Below, piece after piece: positions 1 to 12,614 of a DNA stretch of 64,000 bases (position 1 is its first letter; every line of letters begins with the position of its first letter). The notes under the pieces are model-generated. The model searched no databases. It was not told the DNA's origin and saw only the letters and a list, made by a program, of their open reading frames with translations. Source of the stretch: Octopus sinensis (lineage: Eukaryota); NCBI RefSeq assembly GCF_006345805.1, contig NC_043004.1, forward strand, positions 66,278,001 through 66,342,000, given 5' to 3'. The translations under genes were made by a program, and so were the position numbers.

Positions 1-780
1 GTCGCCATTGCGGTGCATATATATATATAAATGTGAAATTCTTAGTAATAAGGTATTTCATAAATTCCTTCTTAGGTGGGACTGGAATGTCTTTCAGTGA
101 CATGCCAACATCTCCATAATACCAGAGAAACTCCGTATAATATTACTCTAGTAAAATAAGAATATAAAGTACCAAACTGAGGATAAGAAATCCATTTCAC
201 TGTTGCGTCAGTTCGATAACATATAAGTATTGGTATAATTCAATAATAAAGATAAATTAAATATAGAGATATTCTTTGGACATTCAATAATTTATTTATA
301 GTACAATATTACATTAAATGGTATGAATATAATACATAGCATAACATAATGTTATATAAATAATTATAAAATTCCTAAAAGTCCAATACGTATAATCACT
401 GTTCAGTTATATATAAGTAACTTCAGGCTCAATTCGGTTCAGAAATACGAAACTCTGTCTGGAAAGGACGTCTGGGTTCTGAAAATTAATTCAAATGTAT
501 GTGTTATGAGCGTGAGCGTTAATTCTTATATCAATTGCAATTAAAACACAACACAAAATTACCTATAAGACGAATAATGTTAAAAGGTATACGTCTGGTA
601 TTAAGCTGATAATAAGATATTAAAAATCGTAAGTAAATATTGAAACCCACGGATATTAATAGAAAAAACATGTATAAACAGAAACAGAAACAGGCATATC
701 CTGAGCGAAAACTAAGATGTAATGGTCAGAGCATTCATTCTAATTCGCTGTAACTCACAGATAAAACAGTGACTATATAC

Positions 781-1385
781 AGACTAAATCTAAAATCCGT
801 TCAGTCGAAGTCGACTCTCGGTTACTCAATGGATCAGTGTTCTCCAGCGAGTTCTATCCTGGGTCGCTTCTTTCAGATTGACTATGGTCATTCCCGGGTC
901 ACTCTTGATGGTGTCAAGCCAGTGGGTTCTTGGTCGGCCTCTTCCTCTCTTGACTCTGACCATTCCGAGCATGATGTCCTTTGCCAGGGATTTTTTCCGC
1001 ATGATATGACCAAAATATGCTAATCTATCCTTGGTGATCATACCTTCTAGCGACAGGTTCGGCTTGATCTGGCTAAGAACTTCTCCATTAGTGAGCCTCG
1101 CTGGCCGTAAAAGTTTTCTCCAACACCAAAGCTCGAATGCATTAATTCTCTTCTGGTCAGATTTCTTTAGTGTTGAGGTCTCGCATCCATATGTTGCTAT
1201 AGGGAAGACGATTGCATTCACCAAACTGCATTTGGTAGCGAGGCTGATGTCTCTACTCTCCGAGACCTTGCTCATGCTGACCATTGCCTCTCTGAGTAGT
1301 ACTACCCGCCGCCTTATTTCTGGAGTGCAGTTAGCATCTCGATTTATTTTGGAGCCAATGTAGATGAAATCATCAACCACTTCGA
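781..1385 (-). mobile_element. RTE-clade LINE, 5'-truncated 3' fragment (RT C-terminus)
   Basis: ORF 826-1380 reads DDFIYIGSKI...IVFPIATYGCET.TLKKSDQKRINAFELWCWRKLL...YFGHIMR...GRGRPRTHWLD, the typical RTE C-terminal region. Short 3' UTR to ~781. Confidence 0.85.
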
Positions 1386-1417
1386 TCTCTTCATTTTATA
1401 TATACACACACACATCC

Positions 1418-1509
<92 letters not shown>

Positions 1510-1631
1510 CATACATATATATATATACAAACACAAATATAACTTCAGCGTGGAAGCTGTTCTATAAGCCATTTAAAAATACACAAAAACCGTTAAATTC
1601 ACTTCAACATGTTGACAATTTTTCATTTGCC

Positions 1632-1805
1632 ATATAGGATCTCATATGCTGTGATATCTTCTCCAGCGGCAGCTTTGAAGATTCAGCTACCCACCCAAAT
1701 CCTGCTGCTTGTTAGTCTGAGAAAAGGAAACTGTCAAAATATCGGTCGATCTTTGAAAAGTACAAGGTCAATCCCATGGCAGTAGAGACCTCTGGCGTTA
1801 TCCCC
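1632..1805 (+). pseudogene. Relic of RLE domain of a CRE-like non-LTR retrotransposon
   Basis: Manual translation from 1632: I*DLICCDIFSSGSFEDSATHPNPAAC*SEKRKLSKYRSIFEKYKVNPMAVETSGVI. This fits the WDxTCxD...AE.RK..KY...P.AVETxG pattern I recall for CRE-type RLE. Two TAG stops; not in the ORF track. Confidence 0.6.
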
Positions 1806-2219
1806 TTCGCCTGGATCATATAGCGGCGCACATTGCTGAACGCAGTTGAGTCTTCGAGCGTATGGACTACAGGACTTACAGAAAATTGTATTGAGTGTCT
1901 CGTATACGTATTTTCTGGCTAATATTACCGGTTATAATGTCATTATCCATTACATTCTCTTATATTGTCTCACTCCGCTACTTCTACCAATCTCCATTCA
2001 GCTCACATATGTATAATATTGAAATTCAATGACTGAGACTTGAGTTCGAAGTGAGGAATGTATGTGTGTGTTTGTGGGTGTGTTTGTGAGTGTACGTGTC
2101 TGTGTGTATACATCTATGAACGACAGGTCAACAAAGCGATAATTATTTGTCCATTTCCATTATTTATATACATACAGGCAATCACATATATTTGTATATG
2201 TATGTATATAAATATGCAT

Positions 2220-2242
2220 ACACTCATAGATATACATATATA

Positions 2243-2288
<46 letters not shown>

Positions 2289-2355
2289 TATACATACATA
2301 TATATATATTTATGTATATATATATATATACATACATATATATATATATATTATA

Positions 2356-2445
<90 letters not shown>

Positions 2446-2447
2446 CA
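2220..2447. repeat. (TA)n microsatellite, one of dozens in the window
   Basis: Direct reading; source of IYIY pseudo-ORFs. Confidence 0.95.
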
Positions 2448-2814
2448 TACATGTACGTATTTGCACAAATACTTCTTTCGAGTGAAATATCTGATTACGA
2501 ATTCACAATTGATTCTAAGATAACACCATTCTTCCTAAAGAAGACTCTCAAGTCATACTGAAATAATAATGAAATATGCGCCGTGCATCAGATTTCTATT
2601 CAACGCTGTTTTGATATCCTCTTCTATTGAAGATATTTTCAATGAGGGCTTCTAGAATATTTTCATATATCATAGATTTGTTTAGTTTGCTGCTATGTTA
2701 TAATTATGCAGTGGTATTTTGAAATGCTAATGATTTTTGTAAACAAATATAATTGACGTTGTTGTAAAAGAGATAATTTGTTTTCTATTCATTAATATTA
2801 GAGTATAACAATAC

Positions 2815-2873
<59 letters not shown>

Positions 2874-3323
2874 TTGATTGAAAATGATGTTGATGTTCCC
2901 CAGGTTTCGTGAACATGAAACAACGGAAGGACAACAGTGATTATTGAGAATATCGCCAAAATGACTGGTAAATGAAAACAGATAGGAAATTAAAAATACT
3001 CGTCATGATAAAGAAAATATTATTTCTTATCGTTGGCGAGTGATATATAGATATCAACAAATTTATTGTGAACTTGTGGCAGCAATAAATAATAGCAATA
3101 TTATATTTGTGTACAATTTCTTATTTATTCAATAAATATTTACTTGCTTGTATAGAGTTGTTTCATATTTGTACATTTAGGTATCTATATATATACATAC
3201 GTACATATAAACACACACTCGCACATTGACACTCCCCACATAGACATATGCATAGACACATACGTACATGTGTGTTTGTGTATGCCTGTGTATATATGTA
3301 TGTGAATTTATAATATATATATA

Positions 3324-3362
<39 letters not shown>

Positions 3363-3462
3363 TTCAGCAAAAATTTAGATTCAGATGAATATGGTACTTA
3401 ATTTAGATGCACCAGAAAAATGTGTATGATGTTATCTATAAAAATACGTGGGGTGATTATAA

Positions 3463-3798
3463 TCAAAATAAGCAACAAGAATGACTCTGGTAATTTGGTA
3501 CGATCGTTTCGTTCGACATCATTTTGTTAAATGTTGTAAGTATTACAACAGATTTAAGAAGGACTTCACTACCTCATATGTTCTTAAAATGTAAATCCAC
3601 ATCTTTGTCTGTATATCTACCTTCTCTATAATGTTGCCACTTGATTTGAACATTTTTGTATTAATGAAAAACCTCTATAATTGGCTGATGAGTACTCAGC
3701 TTCTTAAATCTGTTGTAATACTTACAACATTTAACAAAATGATGTAGTACGAAACGATTGTACCAAATTACCAGAGTCATTCTTGTTGCTTATTTTGA
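3463..3798. repeat. Fold-back element: ~99-bp inverted arms, PLE pseudo-LTR-like
   Basis: 3463-3561 (TCAAAATAAGCAACAAG...GATTTAAGAAG) is a near-perfect reverse complement of 3700-3798; right arm abuts (TA)n. Confidence 0.9.
3681..3766 (+). ncRNA. Minimal type-I hammerhead ribozyme with long stem-II loop
   Basis: ttgg-CTGATGA-gtac...gtac-GAAAC-gatt-GTA-ccaa. Stem I ttgg:ccaa; stem II gtac:gtac. The left-arm copy has the palindromic stem III acgatcgt. Confidence 0.65.
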
Positions 3799-3839
<41 letters not shown>

Positions 3840-3943
3840 TATACATATATATGTATAAACACACATATATATACATACATATATGTTTATCTATCTATAT
3901 ATATATATAGAGAGAGTTAGAAAGATATATAGATAGATTAATT

Positions 3944-3944
<1 letters not shown>

Positions 3945-4000
<56 letters not shown>
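3945..4000. repeat. (GATA)n microsatellite
   Basis: Direct reading. Confidence 0.95.
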
Positions 4001-4001
<1 letters not shown>

Positions 4002-4895
4002 CACTGAGACACAGCGACACATATGCAAAACATGAAGGCTTGAGAAAGTAATGCATTGCAGATACTTCATTTTATGAAAGTATGTTTTGGAGCTCTTCTT
4101 GGTTTGTTTCTTTTATGTATCAGAGGTATGTGTGTGCATTACACAGTTTGTTCAAATAGACACCATTGCAGCATTAGGTGCCCTGATGTTTCGTAGATGC
4201 CAAACAACTTATCAATAAATTATTCGAGTTTATATTCAGTTATTTCGTCGTGAGGGAAGTTTAGTTATTTTCGGTATATATGGTAGTTTTCGTGAATAAT
4301 TTCGGATTATCATATTTAGGTACCTGGTACGCTGTCTCTTATTAGTTGATATATATTTTGGGGCAATCAACTTATCCTGCTCTGAATATTCGTAGTTTCC
4401 TAATTATTCATTTCGGCATAAATCCCCTCCCATGGTGGACTATCGTGATGCTATTGAATTTGTATCGAAAGTTAAACAGAAGTGAGAATTGTAACATATT
4501 TGTAAGAGATACTTGTTCTCCAACATGCAATGAAATAGTTGGAATTTGAAAGAAACGAACTTCACGCTATATTCAAACAGCATCGTACGCCCGCACACGC
4601 ACGTACACACAAAAGAACACGCACGCACACACAGAGAGAAAAGAACAGAAACATAGAGAACATAGAAACATAGGTAGGTAAAGAATGAAATTGCTCAAAC
4701 AGAATATTATTATAATCCTTTTACAAAATTGAATATTTTCAAAAATTATTATAATATATGTTTAATATTAAATTTAGAAAAAATTGGTATTTGGGCTATA
4801 TTTATTGTTTCGCGAAATACAAGTTGCTTCATACATGTATATCTACGTTTTCTTTGTTTAACCTTTTCATCTGTGTATTGGCATATATATATATA

Positions 4896-4946
4896 TAGGC
4901 TCGAAACGTAAAATACTTTTTCTATTCCTGAGCGCTATACTAATAC
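4896..4946 (+). mobile_element. PLE pseudo-LTR 3' fragment with the 3' half of a hammerhead
   Basis: AGGCTCGAAACGTAAAA...TTCTATTCCTGAGCGCTATACTAATAC matches the pLTRs at 46374-46430 and 56082-56140. Confidence 0.7.
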
Positions 4947-4975
4947 ATATATACATATACATAAGGAAAATAAGG

Positions 4976-5058
4976 CAAGGTAGAAGATGCTACAATAATT
5001 TTTTTTATCATAAAGAACATTTTCGTACCAGTTTCAGTCATTGAGACTTTTTCAACTT
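4976..5058 (-). repeat. Fragment of the same family as the 57251-57621 fold-back
   Basis: CAAGGTAGAAGATGCT...TTTTCGTACCAGTTTCAGTCATTGAGACTTTTTCAAC aligns with 57256-57330; minus strand reads GAAACtgGTA. Confidence 0.55.
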
Positions 5059-5309
5059 AGAGTAAAACATGAAAAACGATGAAATTGTGAGAAAATTAAA
5101 TGAAATACTTTTAAAAAGATATATCCATAGTTTTCAAATGCAAGTGATATTTTAATTTTTACTGTCTGTCTCTTATATGTATGTATATATGCATGTATGT
5201 ATGTATGTATATATACATATATATACATATATATACATATATATATATACATATATATATACATATATATATACATATATATATACATATATATACATAT
5301 ATATATATA

Positions 5310-6019
5310 CTTAGATAAACTTAGATATGTTTCGACCAAAGATTGGTCCAGGCCTTGTCTAACTTAATAGCACCACCTGATAGGATTATTCGAATCCCGT
5401 TTAAGTCAAGTTTTGTTTAAGTCAAGTTTTGTTCAAGTAGTGAGTTCTTGTTGGGTGAGCTGTATCCAATTATGGGTGGCTTATCTGATATTCTTTGAAA
5501 TAATCTATCCAGACTCTGTTTAAAGTTGATGGGATCCTTTTCCTCTTTGATCTCCCTCGGGACAATGTTCAATAGGGCAGGGCCTGTTGAGGAAAAGAAA
5601 TTATGTTGCAGTGTACATGTATGTTGTGATCTTGAATTGGGCAGGGGACGTATAGCCCGTGGTCCAAGTCTTGAATGAACCTTGAAGCTAATGTTTAGGT
5701 CGTTTGGGAAAAGTTGGCGGTATATTTTCCACATCGTACAAATTATGTACCGCTCACGGCGACGCTGGAGGGAGTAAAGTGTCAAGGCTTTAAGGCGATC
5801 CCAATAATCGAGAGCAGCCATGCCTTCAATCTGTTTAGTGATTGCCCTCTGGGGTGACTCAATTCTGGAGATGTTTTGTCTTGTGTGAGGAGACCACAGT
5901 GGGCAGCAGTATTCAAGGTGTGGCCGTACAGAGGAGGTAAAAAGTGGTATGATGACACCTTGTTCTCTGGACCGGAAAGTTCTTAAGATCCAGGAACTCA
6001 TCCTACGAGCTATATACAT
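5310..6019 (-). mobile_element. CR1-like LINE 3' fragment, same family as 39387-42053
   Basis: ARRMSSWILRTFRSRE...RPHLEYCCPLWSPH...YWDRLKAL.LYSLQRRRERY. 3' UTR CAGGTGGTGCTATTAAGTTAGACA shared with ~41977-42000; short tandem tail. Confidence 0.85.
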
Positions 6020-6403
6020 ATATATACATATATATATACATAAATATACATATATTGATTTATATACGTGTATATATCAATGGCTATATACTCATCTACT
6101 GAGTAATACAAATAGTGCATACTAGTTAGACATGGCAATGAATCTTGATAATATATTATTAATTTTAAATATTATGGTCAGTTGGTGACGTGCATATAGC
6201 TTGTTACAAATAATAATAACGAGATATATTTATGATATTAGAATAACAACGATGGCTGAATTTATGAAAATTTTCTAGCCATAAATATAAGAAACACACA
6301 AACATACAAATTTCTCTATTCCTCTGTTTCTGTTTCCTTTTTCCTCTACCTACCTATCTATCTATCTATCTATCTATATATCTATCTATCTACCTATATA
6401 TAT

Positions 6404-6511
6404 AAAGGGAAAGTTTACGAAAATTAACAAAAGACGAAGGCAGGTGGAGTACAAACAATCAATTGTATTAGTATAGCGCTCAGGAATAGAAAAAGTCTTT
6501 TACGTTTCGAG

Positions 6512-6513
<2 letters not shown>
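6404..6513 (-). mobile_element. PLE pseudo-LTR 3' fragment with the 3' half of a hammerhead
   Basis: Reverse complement GGCTCGAAACGTAAAAGAC...CCTGAGCGCTATACTAATAC...CTCCACCTGCCTTCGTCTTTTG matches 46375-46487. Confidence 0.8.
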
Positions 6514-6576
<63 letters not shown>

Positions 6577-7660
6577 TCATGTGTCTATATGCCTCTCTTT
6601 CTAGATACGAATACATACATATACATAAACACGCTTGAAATCTTGAAACTGTATAAGTTTAGATTAAACATTTTCATGTAATGTTATATCTATACCTAAT
6701 AATTTAGTTATACATTTAAATGTATAAATATTGTCAGGACGATAGGAATGAGTAAATAGCCGAGGTTTTATGTCGATTAAATGAGAAGGTTCTCTCAAAC
6801 GCAGATGTAAATTAACAATTCGTAGTTATGATTAATGCCAATAATCCATAGACATGGTGAATAATATCGTTTCTAAGACTGTCTCTAGCTGTGTACTTTG
6901 TTTATACAACAGAATTAATAGAGATGTAATGAAGTGACTATAATGAGAATGTAATTTTGAAATATATGTAAACAAATTTGATAATTCAGTAACAAAATTG
7001 GATATAATTTGTTGATACTATTGATGATGTTCACGTACGTGATGATGATTATGACAACGACGATGATGAAGATAGTAATAAATATGGTGATGATGACGCG
7101 ACCAAATAATCTAAATTACGTTGTGGACAGAGTAATATTATCGAGACGCGATTGCAATTCAGGAAATAATTACGTTAATCAAATATCCTAATAATACACA
7201 CATGCATGCCTACATATATACCTACCTACACATATATACATATACATACATATATATATATACATACATACATATATACATACATACATACATACATACA
7301 TAAATATGTGTGTGTGTGTGTATGTATATAAAAATCATAATAAGGCCAGCTACTGACTAGCGTCACATGCTAGAAGTAGAGGCTAAATGGCCCTAAAATT
7401 ACCTTTCTTAATCACATAGAGATATACTGAAAAACATTTATATCTATAAAATCCTATATAAATTTTATCATTGATATATATATATAATATATATATGTAT
7501 GTTATATATGTGTCTGTGTGTGTGTGTCTATGTGTCTGTGTGCTTGTGTGTATGTATTATTTGTATATATATATAATATATATATATATATATACAGAGA
7601 GGCACGTAATTACGAACAAACACATATATATGTATACGTAATTAATATAAATCTTATATA

Positions 7661-8516
7661 TTGGGTCATCCCATAAATCATGCGGTTTTTTATACCTCTA
7701 TTACTTTTCAAAATTAAGACAATTATCCTCTTTAATCTAACATATACTCTAGTTCATTTTCTACAATGCTCTCCCATCTATCACGTACGTTTGTAAGGGC
7801 CTATTTTCAACATTCACTTGTCGGTGAAGAAAAATATTCTTCCGGTACTTTTTCCCGTCCAAATGACTCAGAAGACTGCAGAATAGATAATTATCAGATT
7901 GGGCAATGTCCAACGAATTTGTGGGATGGAACATCGTTTCTTATTCAAACTGCTCCAGTATGTGACCGAGCATTTCCCTGATGGAAGAACACCTTTCGTC
8001 TTGAAACAAAAGATGGTCGTTTTGCGATGGCGCTTAGGTGTCAATGAATGGTTGAATGACGAAATCCGAGCTTTTCTGCTAGTTCCTCAAGAGTTATGAT
8101 GTGATTTTGTCCCATCAGGTTTTGCAGGACGTCCTCGCCGAGCTCTACAGATCTACCAGGTTGAGGCTCGTCTTCTAGACTGTAGTTTTGGGTTCGGAAT
8201 TTCTGGAAACAGTTAACACTGTTTTCGGCTTCTTGCCCGATCCACATATACTGCATTAATATTCTTCGCAATGGTTGCCTTTATTGAACTCATAAATCAA
8301 AATATGCCGAATATGCTCCTTTGTTGCTTCCATTACAGCTTCAAAAAAATACAACTGTTAAAATCGAACTGCACTCTTCAAAACATGCACTTAGAATAAT
8401 CAGAAGTTAATATTACTAGCTGCTGTTATAGCAAGTTGATGCAGGTAGTTTATCCCGGCTACCTTCAATCTTTCTCATACAATTCAGAAATCTGCATTAT
8501 TTATGGGATGACACAA
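7661..8516 (-). mobile_element. Internally deleted mariner element with both TIRs and TA TSD
   Basis: TA|TTGGGTCATCCCATAAATCATGC at left; GCATTATTTATGGGATGACACAA|TA at right. Transposase N-terminal relic FQKFR...SLEDEPQPGRS...TLEELAEKLG (8041-8271, minus). Confidence 0.85.
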
Positions 8517-10046
8517 TATAAACGATTTATATTCTATAGTATCGACTATACTCTTCAAATCATTACTTCTAGGTTGATGTCTAAATGAGGAATAATTATG
8601 TATTTTATATTACGTTCATAATGAAACCCGGTATGTCTACAAACTTGTTATGATGACTGAAGCTTTGATGACTGAATGTATGAGGAAGCATAGCTTTGTG
8701 GCTTATAAAACACATGACTTTTTGTTCGATCACATAGTGTGATATTTGATGCAGCTAGACAGTACAATGAAAATTATTTAAATCTACTGTTTTTACTAAT
8801 TAGGCCTGTTCTTTATCTGACATAGTTGCTGGAAATAATGGGATTTGGGGTACAATTCGAATTCTACTGCATTCCAGTACATGAGAATTGCGTGAAGGTT
8901 TCTGTACCTTATGAGGAAAGACATGGTGAAAATTTATAATCCTGATAATATGTCTAAATATGTAATATACTTTTACAGTTAGCAAACGGCTTTGTCTTGT
9001 TAGTTGTTACATGTAGATTTTATATGCCGTGTAAACTGTTTTAGGAACACAAATAGAAACAGCGTTCCCATCAGAGAGCCTAGGATGTAACAGACGTTCA
9101 GATTGGCTAGAAGTAAGCAATCAGTTATAGTCGAAATTCAAAACAGCAAAATTGATTGATCCGTAATACCACCCGCTATTCAGTTCAAAAGCCAAGACCA
9201 CGTACTTAAGATAATAGGCAGAACAAATTAACCATTAACCACATACGTCAGCAAGAAAAAAAAACCTTTCATTTATACGTTTAATAGAAACATTCTATAG
9301 CATGTAAGTGGAAAAATGTATATAAACTTAAATCTGTAACAGCAACTTTAATTATACTGTGTAATTAACGTCACGTATATGATTAGATTGCTTCTATAGC
9401 ACTGACCTAGTGTATCAAAGAAGAAACCACCTCTGATTTGTTGTTTCTTTCTGTAAAGACAAGCAACTATATTCCTTAACTTATGGAATTTAGAAAGATA
9501 TTTAAAACAATGCCGTCACTCTAGATTCAAAGTAATACAAACTTAAATGACACTGATCAAACATTTTCTTCATGTGAGAGGATCTGAGGCTACAACGAAT
9601 TTTCAGCAAAACTCGTCTTGACAGATATAGCACTCAAATGTCAAGCAGTATGAATACATTTGGTATTGGGATTCTAGACAGCCACTTCTTAAGACAAACA
9701 AACAAATAATAATAAAGAAAACACAAAAATAATATAGTGAAGGTCATGAAATAGTATATGCTTGTTCAAATCTGACCTAATACCAACGCCAACAACAATG
9801 CTGTTATGTTAACGTTTGATATCTGTCAAAGAAAATACATAACTGGAAGGCGAAATACCTTACTTGCATCTCCGATAAAAGTGCAAGTCTTTAGATTTCA
9901 TTGAAACGATTTCACTACATTTATGAATGAAACCTCCTCATCACATTGCCCGTTTTATATTTGTGTTTGTAAGCCTGTCTGTCCAGACTGGTCAGGGATA
10001 TTTCGATAGGATTGTCCATTAATTAGAAGATTAATCGTCACTGGTG

Positions 10047-10298
10047 AAGGCGCATGGCTCAGTGGTTAGAGTGTCGAGCTTACGATCGTGAGGTTGTGAG
10101 TTCGAATTCCACATTGCTTCAGTTCACTAATCTGTAGAAATGAGTTGCAACAAGCTGTATCGGCATTTACCGTTCCCTTGGATAACACTGGTGGCATGGA
10201 GAGATGAGGCCGGTATACACGGGCGACTGCTGGTCTTCCATAAACAACCTTGCCCGGACTTGTGCCATGTGGGGTAACTTTCTAGGTGCAATCCCATG
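10047..10298 (+). mobile_element. tRNA-derived SINE with internal deletion
   Basis: A-box TGGCTCAGTGG, B-box GTTCGAATTCC. Body aligns to 28500-28800 (minus) but lacks its TTGAGCAAGACACTT box. Confidence 0.8.
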
Positions 10299-11199
10299 AC
10301 CGAGGGGGTCTCATAATCCTGACTATCAGCGTCTGGATATCGTTTGGACAGCAATCGCGAAGGGTTGAAACAATATATCGTACGACCTCTAATCTCCTGC
10401 TTCAGCAATTCTGCTAATGGAATGTTATGGATGAGAACTTTATTTATAGGATAATTATACCTCAGTGGTATTTGATCTCAGAGTGTAGAGATCTGGAACA
10501 AATATAGAAGGTACTTTTATCCGACGCTACAACCTCTTGACTAAAAAACCTAAAGGCGTTGCTTCAATATCGGGCCGAGAGTAACATTGTACATTCGTAT
10601 GTCTAGCATCCCTAAATGGAAAAGAGTAAACATAGATATATGAGATTAAATGTTACAACTTAGATTAATCATAAATGAAAGTTGAACAAAGACAACTAAG
10701 AAGCAGATAAAAATCCTCATCGAACAACTGCATCAAGTGTTTCAGAAGATTCCATCATTGCTTTTCTGTATATGAGTATCAGTCTGTCTCGTGGGGGGGG
10801 GGGATGCTTCCAGATTTAACTGCGGCAGGCACGGGCGGATGTTGCTAATGAATATATGTAAAAAAGAAACTCGCTCTATTGAAAATGAATTTGTGGGCGA
10901 GGGATAGTAAAATATAATTTATTTATCATTATGACCAATACATCATAAACGTGGTAAAGATAGCCATATAGTTGAGGCAGTAACAGAGAGACAGAGACCG
11001 AATGTAATTCCTACTCATTGAAATAACAACTATATCTCTGTTGTATAGCTTATTATCCTCTTAAAGAAGGATGGCTCCTGATTGTGAGCATTACATCGTA
11101 TTTTTACTAAACCGAAGCTGCTAAACAAAAACAAATTCAAACAGACTTAATATAAAAAGAAATGTCTATCTCTATGCTTTTATATATATATATATATAG

Positions 11200-11232
<33 letters not shown>

Positions 11233-11468
11233 AGTGTGTGAGTATGTGTGAGGTTGATATACATAAATATATATATATACATATATAGTTGGATGGAGAG
11301 ATTCTCCTAACTTTCAAAAAATAGAGAGAAAACAAAACTAAGATTTTCCACGTCTTTAGGTGCTCGGACTACTGCTCCTAACTATGGTCAGCATACAGTA
11401 TAAAACTTATGCGGAAATCGAAGCAATCAAATGAAGCCACACAAAAAAAATCGTCTCAATGCAGCATA

Positions 11469-11960
11469 GCAACTATTCAAAGAGGCTGAACGAGCTAAAA
11501 CCCTTCTCCCTAGGACGAAAGCTGGATAGCTTTACAATGATATACGCCTGGAAAATACTGGAAGGCTTTGTCAAAAACTTTGGGATTGTAAGTTGCACAA
11601 ACAGCAGAAAGGGATGACACTGCGCAGTACCAAAGTTTGCAACATCATCATCAAAAGACATAACCAGATACTGCAACAGTTTGGCTTTCAAGAGCTGACA
11701 ACTCTTCAGAATCTGCGAGAGATCTGCATGGGGTGGATGTGGGTGTCTTCATAACAAAACTAGATTTCCTTCCGTCGAAGTTTCCAGATGAGCCTACTTC
11801 ACGGCACGAAACACAGATCTGGGCGGCACCATCAGATTCCCTCATTCATCAAATGCAACATAACAGAGGTGGCTTGAAATTACGGTATAGCACAGCCAAT
11901 GGTGATGCTTCAGGGTAACCGCAGTTTTAAACCTGAAAGTATTTAAAGAATTTAAAGAAT
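11469..11960 (+). mobile_element. CR1-like LINE 3' fragment, family of 37684-38049
   Basis: Degraded NYSKRLNELK.FSL...IYAWKILEG...TRYCNSL...DVGVFITKLDF...PDEPTS; ends in TTTAAAGA repeats. Confidence 0.75.
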
Positions 11961-11989
11961 ATATATATATATATATATATATTATATGA

Positions 11990-12267
11990 AATTAGAGATA
12001 AAACCACTATTAGGCAAATCAAACAATGAAAAACATAAGCCAATACATAAAATTAATTAATTAATATTATTTTAAATATATATCAAAAGTATTAAAAATT
12101 TAAATTAATTAATTTTATGTATTGGCTTATGTTTTTCATTGTTTGATTTGCCTAATAGTGGTTTTATCTCTAATTGAATATAATATAATATAATATATTT
12201 ATACTATAAAATTGGATTTAATCTTAAATCTGATTTTTCCCTGTAAGTTTGGATTTATTCCCTAATA
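11990..12267. repeat. Fold-back element (71-bp arms) plus unique tail; same family as 14210-14513
   Basis: 11990-12060 is the reverse complement of 12105-12175. Tail TTGGATTTAATC.TAAATCTGATTTTT..CCCTGTAA.TTTGGATTTATTCCCTAATA is shared with ~14450-14513. Confidence 0.85.
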
Positions 12268-12273
12268 TTTTAT

Positions 12274-12305
<32 letters not shown>

Positions 12306-12306
<1 letters not shown>

Positions 12307-12417
12307 CATTATTACACATAAATGCCTCACACTAAGAGGGACAAAGTCATTACTACCAAAATTTTGGTAGTAATGACTTTGTCCCTCTTAGTGTGAGGCA
12401 TTTATGTGTAATAATGC
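12306..12417. repeat. Perfect 112-bp palindrome without spacer
   Basis: GCATTATTACAC...CTACCAAAA|TTTTGGTAG...GTGTAATAATGC, centred between 12361 and 12362. Confidence 0.9.
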
Positions 12418-12558
12418 CCTCTATACAATATAGATATAATTAATTTGTTCAAAAGAAAAAAATTATTTTCGAATTCTTTTCTTTTATGAGGTTTTCACGC
12501 TAGCTGCCTGATAATTTCTTGTTAAGATCCCTTATTAAGAGATTATCCTTAATTGTTA

Positions 12559-12614
<56 letters not shown>

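Noticed and set aside
10049-10115. tRNA gene-like sequences here and at other A/B-box sites
   Set aside because: No complete cloverleaf; each continues into a SINE body.
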